From: an uncultured Acidobacteriota bacterium
GTDB taxonomy: Bacteria > Acidobacteriota > JAQAZP01
DNA length: 64,000 bases
Direction: 5' to 3'
NCBI GenBank assembly: GCA_963836075.1
Contig: CAWIIB010000009.1
Location: 2,208,311-2,272,310, forward strand
The notes under the pieces were generated by a model. That model ran no database searches. It was not told where the DNA came from and saw only the letters and a program-made list of their open reading frames with translations. Both the position numbers and the translations under genes were made by a program. This document shows positions 29,960 through 39,451 of this stretch, piece after piece. Every line of letters begins with the position of its first letter. Within the stretch, counting starts at the first letter, position 1.

Positions 29960-31300
29960 GAACTTAGCGCTTCAGGAGTGTACCATCGATGAATGATGTA
30001 CAAACTCCTCAAAACCATCTATTCAGCTCTGAGAACCCAACGAACTTTGGCCCTGGAGAACCTGGCGCTCAGGCAACAACTTGCCATCCTCCGTCGAACG
30101 ATGAAACGCCCTCGATTGACGGAAACCGATCGACTGTTCTGGGTCTTCCTTTCCAGGATATGGCGAGACTGGGCCCAGGTGCTCGTTGTCGTCAAGCCTG
30201 AAACCGTCATTTCCTGGCATCGGGTGGGCTTCAAGCTCTTCTGGCGATTGAAAAGCCGGCGGAGGAACCGGGGCCGGCCTCGAGTTACACGTGAGATCAG
30301 GGATCTGATCAGAAGAATGTCCCGAGAAAACCCGACGTGGGGCGCTCCAAGAATCCATGGAGAACTGCTCAAACTGGGAATCGATGTGTCTCCGGCATCC
30401 GTGTCGAAATATATGGGTCGCCACCGGAAACCTCCATCCCAAACTTGGAGAACCTTCCTGCGCAACCATATGGGCGACATGGCCTCCATTGATTTCTTCA
30501 CCGTGCCCACGGCGACGTTCCGGATTCTCTACGCCTGTATCATTCTGACCCACTCTCGACGCCTCGTTGTACATTTCAACATCACCGATTCCCCTTCGGC
30601 AGCCTGGACTGGTCAGCAGATCATCGAGGCATTTCCCTGGGATTCAGCTCCGCGGTATCTGCTCCGCGATCGTGATGGGAAATACGGCCATGAATTTGTC
30701 AGCCGCGTCCGGTCAATGGGCATTGAAGAAGTGAAGACTGCCCCACGATCACCCTGGAAAAACTGTTTCGTCGAGAGGCTCGTTGGATCCATACGCCGAG
30801 ATTGCCTCGACCATGTCATCATCATCAACGAACAGCACCTCCGGCGAATCCTGAAAGAGTACTTCCTGTATTACCACCGGTCTCGAACGCATCTATCGCT
30901 CGATAAGGATTGTCCGGAGCCGCGAGCTGTAGAATCACCGAAGATGGGCAAAGTGATCGCACTGCCGCAGGTCGGTGGACTCCACCATCGCTACACCCGT
31001 CGGGCCGCCTGATCTGGTCGTGGACTTCAAAGCTTCTACATCAGATAGAACTGTAGGATCGTTTGTTCCGAATCGTTTTCTTTGGTCAGGCAACACTTCA
31101 TGAAGTGGCGATCCGTTGGTCTCGATGATTTCCCCCATCGATGATGCTTCAATTCTTCACTCTGAATGATCCCTCCGTCCATTCGTTCGACACCATCAGC
31201 GAGTCAGATGGATTTTGCAGGAGCCACAGGTATCCTGAATCATGTACACCGTACACAGCGAGGCGCGGATTCCCATATCCGCGCCTCATTGATTCTGCTC
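29960..31300 (+). mobile_element. IS481-like insertion sequence (approximate limits); lower-GC block between FG-GAP gene and flotillin gene
   Basis: Transposase gene, local GC drop, palindromic/CCATCGATGA repeats near both ends (29982-29998, 31133-31149), 11-bp stem hairpin 31259-31286. Confidence 0.35.
29993..31012 (+). CDS. DDE transposase/integrase (rve integrase core; IS481-like family)
   Basis: 339 aa; N-terminal HTH region, WGAPRIHGELLKLGIDVS, DFFTVPTATFRILYACIILTHSRRLVVHFNITDSPSAAWTGQQIIEAFP (DDE core). Confidence 0.8.
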   Translation: MMYKLLKTIYSALRTQRTLALENLALRQQLAILRRTMKRPRLTETDRLFWVFLSRIWRDWAQVLVVVKPETVISWHRVGFKLFWRLKSRRRNRGRPRVTREIRDLIRRMSRENPTWGAPRIHGELLKLGIDVSPASVSKYMGRHRKPPSQTWRTFLRNHMGDMASIDFFTVPTATFRILYACIILTHSRRLVVHFNITDSPSAAWTGQQIIEAFPWDSAPRYLLRDRDGKYGHEFVSRVRSMGIEEVKTAPRSPWKNCFVERLVGSIRRDCLDHVIIINEQHLRRILKEYFLYYHRSRTHLSLDKDCPEPRAVESPKMGKVIALPQVGGLHHRYTRRAA

Positions 31301-31321
31301 TAACCCGTTTAAACCAGTTTT

Positions 31322-32680
31322 TTACAGAATTGGTTCTTCAGGTTTTGTACTTTCAGGGACTCTTTCCGACTTCTCAGCTTTGACGCCCATCTGGCCCAGC
31401 ACGGCTTCGCCAAGCGGGGTCTGGGCAAATGCCTCCACCATCGAGGCGAGGTTGGTTCCGCCCTTGGAAGAGAAGAGGTCCATCGCCCGGTTCATGCCCT
31501 CGTTGGCATTGCCGGCGTTGGCGATGACCTTGACGTCAGCGGTCTGGAGCGCCTGGGCCTGTTCCTGGCCGACGATGATGTGGGCCTTGATCGCTTCCAG
31601 CATGGCCAGATACTGCTGGTAGCCGTCGTTGGCGCCGATCTCCTTGGCCAGCTCGATCTGGGCCATCACCGGCGCCAGCTTCATCGCCTTCTCGGCATCG
31701 GCACGGGCCACACCAACCACCCGGATGGCCTCGGCTTCCTTCTGCTGGGCTTCCAGTTCGCCCTCGGCGCGGATGATACGCGTTTGCTTGTCCTGCTCAG
31801 CGGTCACCACCTGGCGGTCCTTCTCGATCTCTTCCTGCTTGACCTGCTCGACCCGGCGCACGTCCATGGTGCGCTCCTGGGTCAGCTTTTCCTGCGTGAG
31901 CACCTCCTGGCGCGACTGCTGCAGGGCGATGCCGACGGCCTTGTCCTTTTCGGCCGTGCGCTGGCCGACGGCTTCGGCCGCTTCCTGGTCGCGCACATCG
32001 ATGACCTGCTGGGACTCGATCTCGGCGGTTCTGGCTTTCTTGGTGTTCTCCGCGACCTCGGTGCGTGACTCCATCTCGATGAAGGAGGTCTTTTTGGCCA
32101 TGATGTTGCTGACGTTGCGCGAGCCCTCTCCGTCACGGATGTCCATCAGCTCCATCGACTTTACCGACCGGACGCCCCACTCCTTGAGCTGGTCGCCAAC
32201 CTCCTCGGTGAAGGCGTTGCCGAATTTGGCCCGCTCGAGCATGATGGAGTCGATGACGTCGTCGGCCAGCACCTTCCTCACCGCGCCCTGGACGATCAGT
32301 GAGAGTTGCTCTTCCAACTCCTTGACGTTCACCACACGGCGCGCCGCCACTGCCGTGTCCTCGATGCGGAAGAACGCCGTCACGTCGACGATGAACGGCA
32401 CACGGTCCCGGTCATACGCCTCGTAGGCCAGCAGCGAGAGGTCGAAGTTGCTCACCGGGAGCCTGATCACCGTGACACCCAGCCCCGGAATCCACGAGGG
32501 CCACCGGAAGTAGACGTTGCCTGCTTTCTGGCCCGTGCCGTAGGGGGTGGTCTTACGGCGCGACTGGACCACATGGACCATGTTGGTGCTGACCACGGTG
32601 CGCATCATGAATGATGCGATGATGATGATGAACACAAAACCGACCGCACCGAGAACAATGGCTGGAGTCAACATAAACAT
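31322..32680 (-). CDS. Flotillin-like SPFH/band-7 domain protein (FloA/YqiK-like)
   Basis: N-terminal TM MFMLTPAIVLGAVGFVFIIIIASFMM, SPFH domain, long EA-rich coiled coil (AEIESQQVIDVRDQEAAEAVGQRTAEKDKAV...). Confidence 0.85.
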   Translation of the reverse strand: MFMLTPAIVLGAVGFVFIIIIASFMMRTVVSTNMVHVVQSRRKTTPYGTGQKAGNVYFRWPSWIPGLGVTVIRLPVSNFDLSLLAYEAYDRDRVPFIVDVTAFFRIEDTAVAARRVVNVKELEEQLSLIVQGAVRKVLADDVIDSIMLERAKFGNAFTEEVGDQLKEWGVRSVKSMELMDIRDGEGSRNVSNIMAKKTSFIEMESRTEVAENTKKARTAEIESQQVIDVRDQEAAEAVGQRTAEKDKAVGIALQQSRQEVLTQEKLTQERTMDVRRVEQVKQEEIEKDRQVVTAEQDKQTRIIRAEGELEAQQKEAEAIRVVGVARADAEKAMKLAPVMAQIELAKEIGANDGYQQYLAMLEAIKAHIIVGQEQAQALQTADVKVIANAGNANEGMNRAMDLFSSKGGTNLASMVEAFAQTPLGEAVLGQMGVKAEKSERVPESTKPEEPIL

Positions 32681-32992
32681 TCCTTCTCTCCTTCGCTACC
32701 CTCGCCCGAACAACAGGGCATTCAGTTGTTGAGACCCGATCCTATCACGAGTGACTTCTGACTTGTACGTTGGGTATTGTACTTAAGGCAGTATAAAAGT
32801 AACTCATGCACAACTCCTCCAGGTGATCCCATACTTTGTTATACGCAGCGACCACGTCGGATATTTTCTTCCCTTTCGAGCGAGCGCCGATCAGCTTGCA
32901 GATGGTCACCGCGGAACCGCTCAGCCGCTCGCGGTTGGGGCAGGTTTCTGCCGGTGCGGCGAACAGCCGGGCACCGCTCTCATGCAACGGGG

Positions 32993-33021
32993 TTGACAAG
33001 AGGGCGGTGAACTACAATATT
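32993..33021 (+). promoter_or_regulatory. Candidate promoter (TTGACA -17- AATATT) upstream of selenoperoxiredoxin gene
   Basis: TTGACA 32993-32998; weak -10; divergent region between flotillin and prx. Confidence 0.2.
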
Positions 33022-33254
33022 GGTCGATGTGGTCTAAGTTGTTGCAAGAACTAAATATATCGACATGGTGGTCATTCGCACACCGGGTCCCGCCGGTGGG
33101 GCAGCTGGTGTCGTTTCTTGCCGGTCGATAGTGGCGAAAGGAGCAACGCATGGCGCAGGAGAAGGACGGGTGCGTCAAGCCGGCAAGGGGCCCGATCATG
33201 CCGGCAGAATCGGAAGGCAGTCCAGGCGGCGGTGAAAAAAAGGAGGTGATCGCC

Positions 33255-33851
33255 ATGCAGGCACGAGTGGGACGGGAAGCGCCGGATTTCGAGGCCAACG
33301 CATACGTGGCCGGTGAGGGGTTCAAGACGGTTCGGCTCTCCGGTTTCAAGGGCAAGTGGATCGTGCTCTGCTTCTACCCCGGTGACTTCACCTTTGTCTG
33401 ACCCACCGAACTGGCGGCGGTCGCCGCCCGTTACGAGGACCTGAAAGGGCTCGGTGTCGTCGTGCTGTCCATGAGCACCGACAGCCGGTTCGTGCACCAG
33501 ATCTGGCAGCGCGAGGAACTGGCCAAAATGGTCGACGGTGGGGTGCCCTTCCCGATGCTTTCCGATGCCGGGGGGCTGATCGGCAAACTGTATGGGGTGT
33601 ACGATGAGGCCGCCGGAGTCGATATCCGCGGCCGGTTCATCATCGACCCCGATTTCGTCATCCGGGCGATGGAGGTGCTGACCCCCGAGGTGGGCCGCAA
33701 TCCCGATGAACTGACCCGGCAGGTCAAGGCGTTCCAGCATGTGGCATCCACCGGCGAGGTGACCCCCTCCGGCTGGCAGCCCGGCGATACCACCCTCACG
33801 CCGGGCCCCGACCTGGTGGGCAAGGTCTGGGAGGCCTGGAAGGTCAAGTAG
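33255..33851 (+). CDS. Selenocysteine-containing peroxiredoxin (AhpC/Prx1 family; Sec encoded by in-frame TGA 33399-33401 at the peroxidatic Cys position)
   Basis: ORFs 33150..33401 and 33462..33851 are in the same frame separated only by TGA; read-through gives [38 protein letters not shown] matching the FTFVCPTE active site; AAGGAGGTGA RBS 7 nt before ATG 33255; SECIS-like hairpin 11 nt downstream of TGA. Confidence 0.85.
33402..33435 (+). promoter_or_regulatory. Bacterial SECIS-like element: 11-nt spacer then hairpin GGCGGC-GGUC-GCCGCC
   Basis: Stem 33413-33418 / 33423-33428, apical loop GGTC 33419-33422, identical to the GGUC apical loop of E. coli fdhF SECIS; begins 11 nt after UGA. Confidence 0.6.
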
Positions 33852-33859
33852 GGCGAGGG

Positions 33860-34314
33860 CGCGATCAACAGGGCCCGACACGCCGAACCCCGACCAGGAG
33901 GATGCCGACGAGGACGGTGTTGGTGATGCCTGTGACACGGCCTCCGCCACCCTGGCCGCCACTCTGCGCTGTCTGCCCGATGCGGGGACCCTGCCCTTCA
34001 CCACCACCATGACGGTGGAACTGGCCAACCTGTATGGCGGGCAAACCCGCCGTCTGGCTGGACGTCTCGAACTGGACCTGGCCGGCGGGCAGCACTACGG
34101 CAGCTGGCGGGCCGGCTGGAGCAACATTGGCCCTTCAAACAGCTACCTCACCAGTTGGGGGCAATTCATCCCCGCCCTGGGATCGCTGGTGGGTGTCAAC
34201 ACCTTCACCCTGCTGGCCGAGGATGTCACACCGGCCCCGTACAACCAGCCGCCCTACCCGGCAGCCGGCGACCAGGCCAGCGACAACTGCACGGTGACCG
34301 GAATCCTTCCCTGA
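33860..34314 (+). pseudogene. Orphan copy of the conserved ~115-aa C-terminal domain (CTVTG-type CTD) without an N-terminal catalytic part or signal peptide; possibly a gene remnant (ATG-initiated ORF 34009..34314)
   Basis: Frame 1 reads ...DQEDADEDGVGDACDTASATLAATLRCLPDAGTLPFTTTMTVELANLYGGQTRRLAGRLELDLAGG...WRAGWSNIG...LGSLVGVNTFTLLAEDVTPAPYNQPPYPAAGDQASDNCTVTGILP, homologous to C-termini of four neighbouring genes; starts right after prx stop with no start codon. Confidence 0.45.
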
Positions 34315-34576
34315 AGTAGTTTATCGACGGCCCGGGGGACGCTCCCCGGGCCGTCCGTCCGGCATCCCGCCTGAAATCACTCCTTGACGAGTCTCATTCC
34401 TGAACATAAATTAGCTTCAAGACAATTGCACTCTCTTTCTCTATGACAACGATCAAGCGCAGCACTCCTGTCGCGAGAGTGCGTGAAACTACCACCAGGG
34501 CGAGTTGTTGTTGAAGGTCTGCTGCAGGTCGGCAGCTGATTTTCTTTCTTGTCCAATTAGCAAAGGGAGAAGAGCC

Positions 34577-34786
34577 ATGGCCGAGAGCGTGTACAAAGTC
34601 GTTGAAATCGTGGGTACCAGCACCGAGGGTTGGGAGAGAGCCGCGACTGCCGCCGTGGAGCGGGCAAGTCAGAGTCTGCGTGACCTTCGTGTCGCCGAGG
34701 TGACAGCGATGGACCTGGTGCTCAAGGACGGGCAGGTCGAGGCTTACCGGGCAAAGGTCAAGGTCTCCTTCAAATACGAGGGCTGA
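34577..34786 (+). CDS. Dodecin-family flavin-binding protein
   Basis: 69 aa MAESVYKVVEIVGTSTEGWERAATAAVERASQSLRDLRVAEVTAMDLVLKDGQVEAYRAKVKVSFKYEG; GGGAGAAG RBS. Confidence 0.8.
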   Translation: MAESVYKVVEIVGTSTEGWERAATAAVERASQSLRDLRVAEVTAMDLVLKDGQVEAYRAKVKVSFKYEG

Positions 34787-34829
34787 GCGGAGGCCGCCGC
34801 GGGGCGGCCCCCGAGTCGTCCCGACCCGG

Positions 34830-37055
34830 TCAGGGGGCGTGGGCCACCACCACGTTTGTCTTGGTGCACGTACTTCCCGAAGGCGGGTAGGGCGGCTGGT
34901 TGTATGGGGCCGGCGTTACATCCATGACGGACAACATACTGGTGTTGCTGCCGATGACGCTCCCCAAACTCGGGATGGTCACCGGGAACTGGGTGTAGTA
35001 GAAGGAACCCGGGGCTACGTTGGTGTAGCCCGCTCTCCAAGGGTTGAAGAGGGTGCCGTTGGCCAGGGTCAGGGAGATCTGCCCGGCGATCCGGCGGGTG
35101 AGGGCCGCGCCTCCGCTGAGGGTGTTGGTCATGGTGATCTGGTGCAGCACCTGGAAGGGCACTGTACCCGAGGAGGGCGTGCAGTTATAACTGCAGGTAA
35201 GGGTCGAGGTGCTCACGGCGCCGAACCCGGTGGCCCGGAGGCCGTAGTTGCCGTAAACCCCGCTGTCGGCGTAGAAGGTGCCTCCGATATAGGTCATGGT
35301 CCGTCCGTTCCAGGGTGAGCTGGTGTCCGCGCCGATGTTCGAACCGTTGTAAATGATGTAGAGCACCCAGAAGTCGCCCGAAGCGATCTGGATGTTCAGG
35401 CCGGAGACATCCTCGTAGTCCCAGCTATACCCGGTGGCCCCGGTGCTGGTGAGCACCGAGGTGAGAGGGGAGCCCGGCGAACCGCCGCTGTCGGACCAGA
35501 TCTGGTACTGACAGTTCCCGGTGTTCTGATGGATGTGAATCCCCTTCAGGTCGAAGGGGTAGGCGCCTGGCGTCATTCGCACCGCCCAGCCGTAACCCTC
35601 GGCCCAGTTCCAGCCGGTCTCGATGGACCCGTCGTCATAGACCAGGTATTCCCACAGGTCGCCCGGCTGGATGTCCATCTGCATGTCGCCGGCCGAAGCG
35701 GCGATATTGGTGATCGAAACCCCGGAGGCGCTGCCGTCATGCCGGTTGCTCGACGGCGTGGTGGAGGCGGTGAACTGGTCCACCGTGCTGTAGGGATAGA
35801 TGTCGCCGCTGTCACCGTAGGGCATGAAGGCTGAGCAGTCGAGGTCGAAGTTGCCGTCCGGCTGCTCCAGGGAGACCAGGTAGTGCGAGCTGGACGTGCA
35901 GTACGGCGCGTCCTCGCAGTCATTGCCGGTGGCGACTTCCTCGTCGATGTGCCAGACCAGCACACCGCCGCCCGGAAGGTTGCTGTCGAAACCGTAGCTG
36001 TTATCGCGGTGGGAGACCAGCAGGTACTCGGAACCCCGCCAGTTCATCCCGATCTTCAGCACCGTGGCGTTGTCCTCGATCCGCGGCAGCAGCCGGCCGA
36101 CAGCCGGTGAGGCCACCACCGTGGGGGTGAGCCAGCCCATCTGGATCTTGGACCAGGCGCAGAGGTGAGTGGGCTGTTCGGGATCGGCCACCGTGCCGCC
36201 CCATCCGCCGTAGCCCATCAGTCCCCAGACACCGATGCCTGAGCTGAGGGTGTCCATCGGCGGCCCGCAGACGAACCCGGTGTCGTTCAGGTCGGGCAGG
36301 CCTAGCATGTGGCCGAACTCGTGGCAGTACACGCCGATCTTGACGTGGGTCAGCGGCGAGGCGTCCTGCAGTTCCGGAACGCAGAGGTAGGAATCAATGG
36401 TCTTGCCGTCGTAGGACCGTGCCGTGCCGCCCATGGCGCTGATCGAGCTGAGGTGGCTGTGGATATCGTTGGTGTCCAGGCTGGTCTCGTGCCCCTCGCC
36501 GCAGTGCACCACGAAGATCGATTCGGCCACCCCGTCGCCGTCGTTGTCGTACTGGGAGAAATCAACCCCGGCGGTCTCGGCGGCATCCACCGCCTCCTCA
36601 ACCAGCGCGGCCGCGTTCCGGGGGTACGCGCCCCAACCCTGTTGCGCATTGCCGTAATAGGCCCGGGTGTTGGCCGCCGTATACCAGCCCACGCACAGAC
36701 CGGCGAGCTGCAGATTGCCGTACGACACCTCGTTGAAATAGTCGTTCATACTGTGTGGCGACCAGGGGCCGAACACCATGTTGTCAAAGGAGCCGGCCGT
36801 GTAGTTGCTGGTGACGTCCGAGAAACGGATACAGATCACCAGGATGTTGTGCGTTGCCCGCCAGCCCCCGTCGGGGATCCGGGCCGGCTTGTCGATCCAG
36901 GGCGGCTTGACCATCAGCTGCCGCCCATCCAGGGTCAGTCCGGGATTGGCCGGATCCAGAGCCCTGGGATCAACCGTGATCGCCTGGGCCAGAAAGCCGG
37001 GGAAGGAAAAGAGCGTGCACAACAAAAGCACCAACAGAAAATACTTGATATTCAT
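34830..37055 (-). CDS. Secreted M6-like (immune inhibitor A-type) zinc metallopeptidase with conserved C-terminal CTVTG-type domain
   Basis: Signal peptide MNIKYFLLVLLLCTLFSFPGFLAQA; HEFGHMLGLPDLNDTG (HExxH...zinc site); C-terminal ~115 aa CTD (...WRAGYTNVAPGSFYYTQF...DVTPAPYNQPPYPPSGSTCTKTNVVVAHAP). Confidence 0.8.
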   Translation of the reverse strand: MNIKYFLLVLLLCTLFSFPGFLAQAITVDPRALDPANPGLTLDGRQLMVKPPWIDKPARIPDGGWRATHNILVICIRFSDVTSNYTAGSFDNMVFGPWSPHSMNDYFNEVSYGNLQLAGLCVGWYTAANTRAYYGNAQQGWGAYPRNAAALVEEAVDAAETAGVDFSQYDNDGDGVAESIFVVHCGEGHETSLDTNDIHSHLSSISAMGGTARSYDGKTIDSYLCVPELQDASPLTHVKIGVYCHEFGHMLGLPDLNDTGFVCGPPMDTLSSGIGVWGLMGYGGWGGTVADPEQPTHLCAWSKIQMGWLTPTVVASPAVGRLLPRIEDNATVLKIGMNWRGSEYLLVSHRDNSYGFDSNLPGGGVLVWHIDEEVATGNDCEDAPYCTSSSHYLVSLEQPDGNFDLDCSAFMPYGDSGDIYPYSTVDQFTASTTPSSNRHDGSASGVSITNIAASAGDMQMDIQPGDLWEYLVYDDGSIETGWNWAEGYGWAVRMTPGAYPFDLKGIHIHQNTGNCQYQIWSDSGGSPGSPLTSVLTSTGATGYSWDYEDVSGLNIQIASGDFWVLYIIYNGSNIGADTSSPWNGRTMTYIGGTFYADSGVYGNYGLRATGFGAVSTSTLTCSYNCTPSSGTVPFQVLHQITMTNTLSGGAALTRRIAGQISLTLANGTLFNPWRAGYTNVAPGSFYYTQFPVTIPSLGSVIGSNTSMLSVMDVTPAPYNQPPYPPSGSTCTKTNVVVAHAP

Positions 37056-37224
37056 GGCCGGTCCTCCATTTATTACAGGGATATGATCTGCGTTCAGTTA
37101 GGTAGTGCGAGGAAGGGAAAGTAATCTCACAACAAAATATAGGTATTTTTCTTTTATGACGCCATAATTTTCTGATGTTTTTGGTTTTCGCTTCTGTGGG
37201 TCACAAAGTGACTGATACTGTTGA

Positions 37225-37310
37225 GGTTATCATTGCTTGAAGTCGTCACGCCTGAAACCGACATCTTCTGGAATCGAATGGGTTTCAAGCTCTTCTGGCG
37301 GATGCCCCCG
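37225..37310 (+). mobile_element. Short remnant of the IS481-like transposase gene (nucleotide similarity to 30196-30265)
   Basis: gtcgtcacgcctgaaaccgacatcttctggaatcgaatgggtttcaagctcttctggcggatg vs gtcgtcaagcctgaaaccgtcatttcctggcatcgggtgggcttcaagctcttctggcgattg; peptide VVTPETDIFWNRMGFKLFWR vs VVKPETVISWHRVGFKLFWR. Confidence 0.5.
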
Positions 37311-37430
37311 CAATTCCCACTCCGAATTGTCACTATTGTAATTTGGTTGGACCCATCAGCACGTCGGTTGGATATTCAGGAGCAACACCAGTGGGTTGAC
37401 ACAGAAGGAGGCTGTATTGGCATCTCTAGT

Positions 37431-37462
37431 TCGAGTCCGGCCCGGGGAGCCAGCATTCGGCA
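37431..37462 (+). other. tRNA 3'-end-like fragment (T-loop/T-stem/acceptor/CCA format) - possible att-site remnant
   Basis: TTCGAGT-CCGGC-CCGGGGA-G-CCA fits T-loop + T-stem 3' + acceptor 3' + discriminator + CCA but no matching 5' half upstream. Confidence 0.3.
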
Positions 37463-37643
37463 CATGAAATTCGCTGCAGGGCACACGAGGTATAATCTAA
37501 TATCGGTATATTCAGGAAATTCCCATGAATCGTGACCAGTTAGAGGTAAAACCATGACAATGATTCAGATGGTATCCGGCAACAACTGGTGGTAGAGGAA
37601 TCTAATAGGCGGGGGTGTTACCTGGAATGGAGGAGAACAGGAA

Positions 37644-39164
37644 ATGAAATATCAATCATATATCATCGTCCTTCTTGTTACCCTGATGTTTGCCATGGTG
37701 GGAAGTTACGCCAGAGCCCAATGGAATCCTCCCGAGCAGATTACCTACAACAACAAAGATGAACTGATCACGAACGGAAGTCTTGCCATCGATGGCAACG
37801 ATATCCTTCACATGGCCTGGGCACAGTACGATGGCATGGGAAGCAGCAAGCAGATCGTCTACATGGAGGGCTCCAGCGGAAACTGGGGGGATATCGTGGA
37901 GATTACCCCCAGCAGCCTTGACTGCACGACTCCGAACCTCGCCGTCCACTCGAGTGGAGACTCCCATCTCGTGTGGCTGCAGGACAACGGGAGCGCCGGC
38001 GAGCTTTTCTATGCCACCAATTCCTCGGGAACCTGGATCACGGAACGGATCACCAACAACACGACAACCGACATCGGTCCGGTTGTTGGTGTCGACGGCG
38101 CAAACAGCCCGCACATTGCCTGGGCTGGATACGATCCGGCCTCCGGCGAAGGCAAGATCTTCTATGGAAAGCGTTCCGGAGGGATCTGGAACAAACAGGT
38201 CCTCGAGAATTCTTCTCTCGGTGATTACTGGACCGGCGCCTATCCAAAGATCTCGGTCTCCCCTGCGGGGATTGTCCAGATCACCTACCGCGGGGGCGGA
38301 TACGGCTACTACCATATCCATCAGGCGACCAATGCGACCGGGGACTGGACGATTCAGATCCTCCATAGCACGAATCTCAATGATTTTTCCTCTTCCGTGC
38401 GCACCGATCCTTTCAACACCTGCTATCTCGCTATGAGCGGAGATTACGGATGGGGAATGCCCGGTGAGGTCTATTACCGAGAAAGCAGCGATCAGGGACT
38501 CACCTGGTCCGCGGCCGAACTGGCCTCAGGTTATCACGGAACATCGAATCCAGTGCTCGAAGTGGACGGGGAGGGTCACGCCCATATCGCCTGGGAGGAA
38601 GTCAGCGGCAGCATTTACACGGGAACGATCTTTTATTCCACCAATCGAGGCGGCGCCTGGACTACCGAACAGATGACGGGAAGCAGTGACTACTTCAGCC
38701 CCTCTCTCGTGATGGACGGTTCGGGGAGGGTTCACATGATCTACCTGCAGGAAATCCATCCCCAGCCCTCCGAGATATTCTACCTGACCAATGCGACATC
38801 GACCGTGACCGCGGACATCACCTGCACACCCTCATCGGGCACCTTGCCGTTCAGCACCTTCATGACGATGACGATGACCAATCTCCACACCGATCGGCGC
38901 AGGATCGCCGGCCGGCTCGGCATCACCCTGGCCAACGGCACCAGTTACGGCACCTGGCGGGCCGGGTACACCAACATTGGTAGCGGGGAAAGTTACGTCA
39001 CCTCCTGGGTCCAGAGCATCCCGGCCCTGGGCTCGCTGGTCGGGGACAACGTCTTCTCGCTCACCGCCGAGGATGTGACCCCGGCGCCGTACAACCAGCC
39101 GCCCCACCCGCCGGCGGGCGACACGGATACGGCCCAATGCACGGTGACCGGCGTGGCGCCGTAA
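37644..39164 (+). CDS. Secreted beta-propeller (BNR/sialidase-like repeat) protein with C-terminal CTVTG-type domain
   Basis: Signal peptide MKYQSYIIVLLVTLMFAMVGSYARA; recurring blade motif (...HIAW....G.IFY.TN.GG.W...); CTD 38815-39164 ending CTVTGVAP. Confidence 0.75.
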   Translation: MKYQSYIIVLLVTLMFAMVGSYARAQWNPPEQITYNNKDELITNGSLAIDGNDILHMAWAQYDGMGSSKQIVYMEGSSGNWGDIVEITPSSLDCTTPNLAVHSSGDSHLVWLQDNGSAGELFYATNSSGTWITERITNNTTTDIGPVVGVDGANSPHIAWAGYDPASGEGKIFYGKRSGGIWNKQVLENSSLGDYWTGAYPKISVSPAGIVQITYRGGGYGYYHIHQATNATGDWTIQILHSTNLNDFSSSVRTDPFNTCYLAMSGDYGWGMPGEVYYRESSDQGLTWSAAELASGYHGTSNPVLEVDGEGHAHIAWEEVSGSIYTGTIFYSTNRGGAWTTEQMTGSSDYFSPSLVMDGSGRVHMIYLQEIHPQPSEIFYLTNATSTVTADITCTPSSGTLPFSTFMTMTMTNLHTDRRRIAGRLGITLANGTSYGTWRAGYTNIGSGESYVTSWVQSIPALGSLVGDNVFSLTAEDVTPAPYNQPPHPPAGDTDTAQCTVTGVAP

Positions 39165-39435
39165 GGAATCTCTGACACGGGCGGGGGCTGTGCCCCCTCC
39201 CGCAATCCTCCTTGACTCTCACCGGCAGTGGGGTGCAACAAACACCTTCCGAAAAGTTCTACCTTCTGCTGGGCCCGGGGAGCCAGGCTTTTGTACAGCG
39301 AATCTGAAGGCCGATCTGGTTAACAGACAATATGACTCTTATTGTTGGACGTCTACCATATGGGTAAGCTTACGGTCTGTCTCCAATTTTTATCACTAAC
39401 TCTCTGTTCGCGATGCACTGGTTGGATGAAGCACA

Positions 39436-39451
39436 CCCCCCCCCAAAAAAA
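39436..39451 (+). repeat. Homopolymer tract C9-A7 in AT-rich intergenic region upstream of SBBP gene
   Basis: cccccccccaaaaaaa at 39436-39451; region 39290-39790 is ~40% GC versus ~65% flanks. Confidence 0.6.

Noticed and set aside
31141-31383. 80-aa ORF MMLQFFTLNDPSVHSF...
   Set aside because: Lies in low-GC terminal non-coding part of the IS481-like element, no RBS, no homology signal; likely non-coding.
33150-33254. N-terminal extension of the peroxiredoxin ([35 protein letters not shown])
   Set aside because: Prx homologs start at about [12 protein letters not shown], and a strong AAGGAGGTGA RBS precedes ATG 33255. An upstream start is not excluded but is unlikely.
37380-37470. Possible complete tRNA gene around GTTCGAGTCCGGCCCGGGGAGCCA
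   Set aside because: No complementary 5' acceptor strand (TCCCCGG) and no D/anticodon arms within 90 nt upstream; T-stem 5' partner absent. Interpreted as a 3' fragment only.
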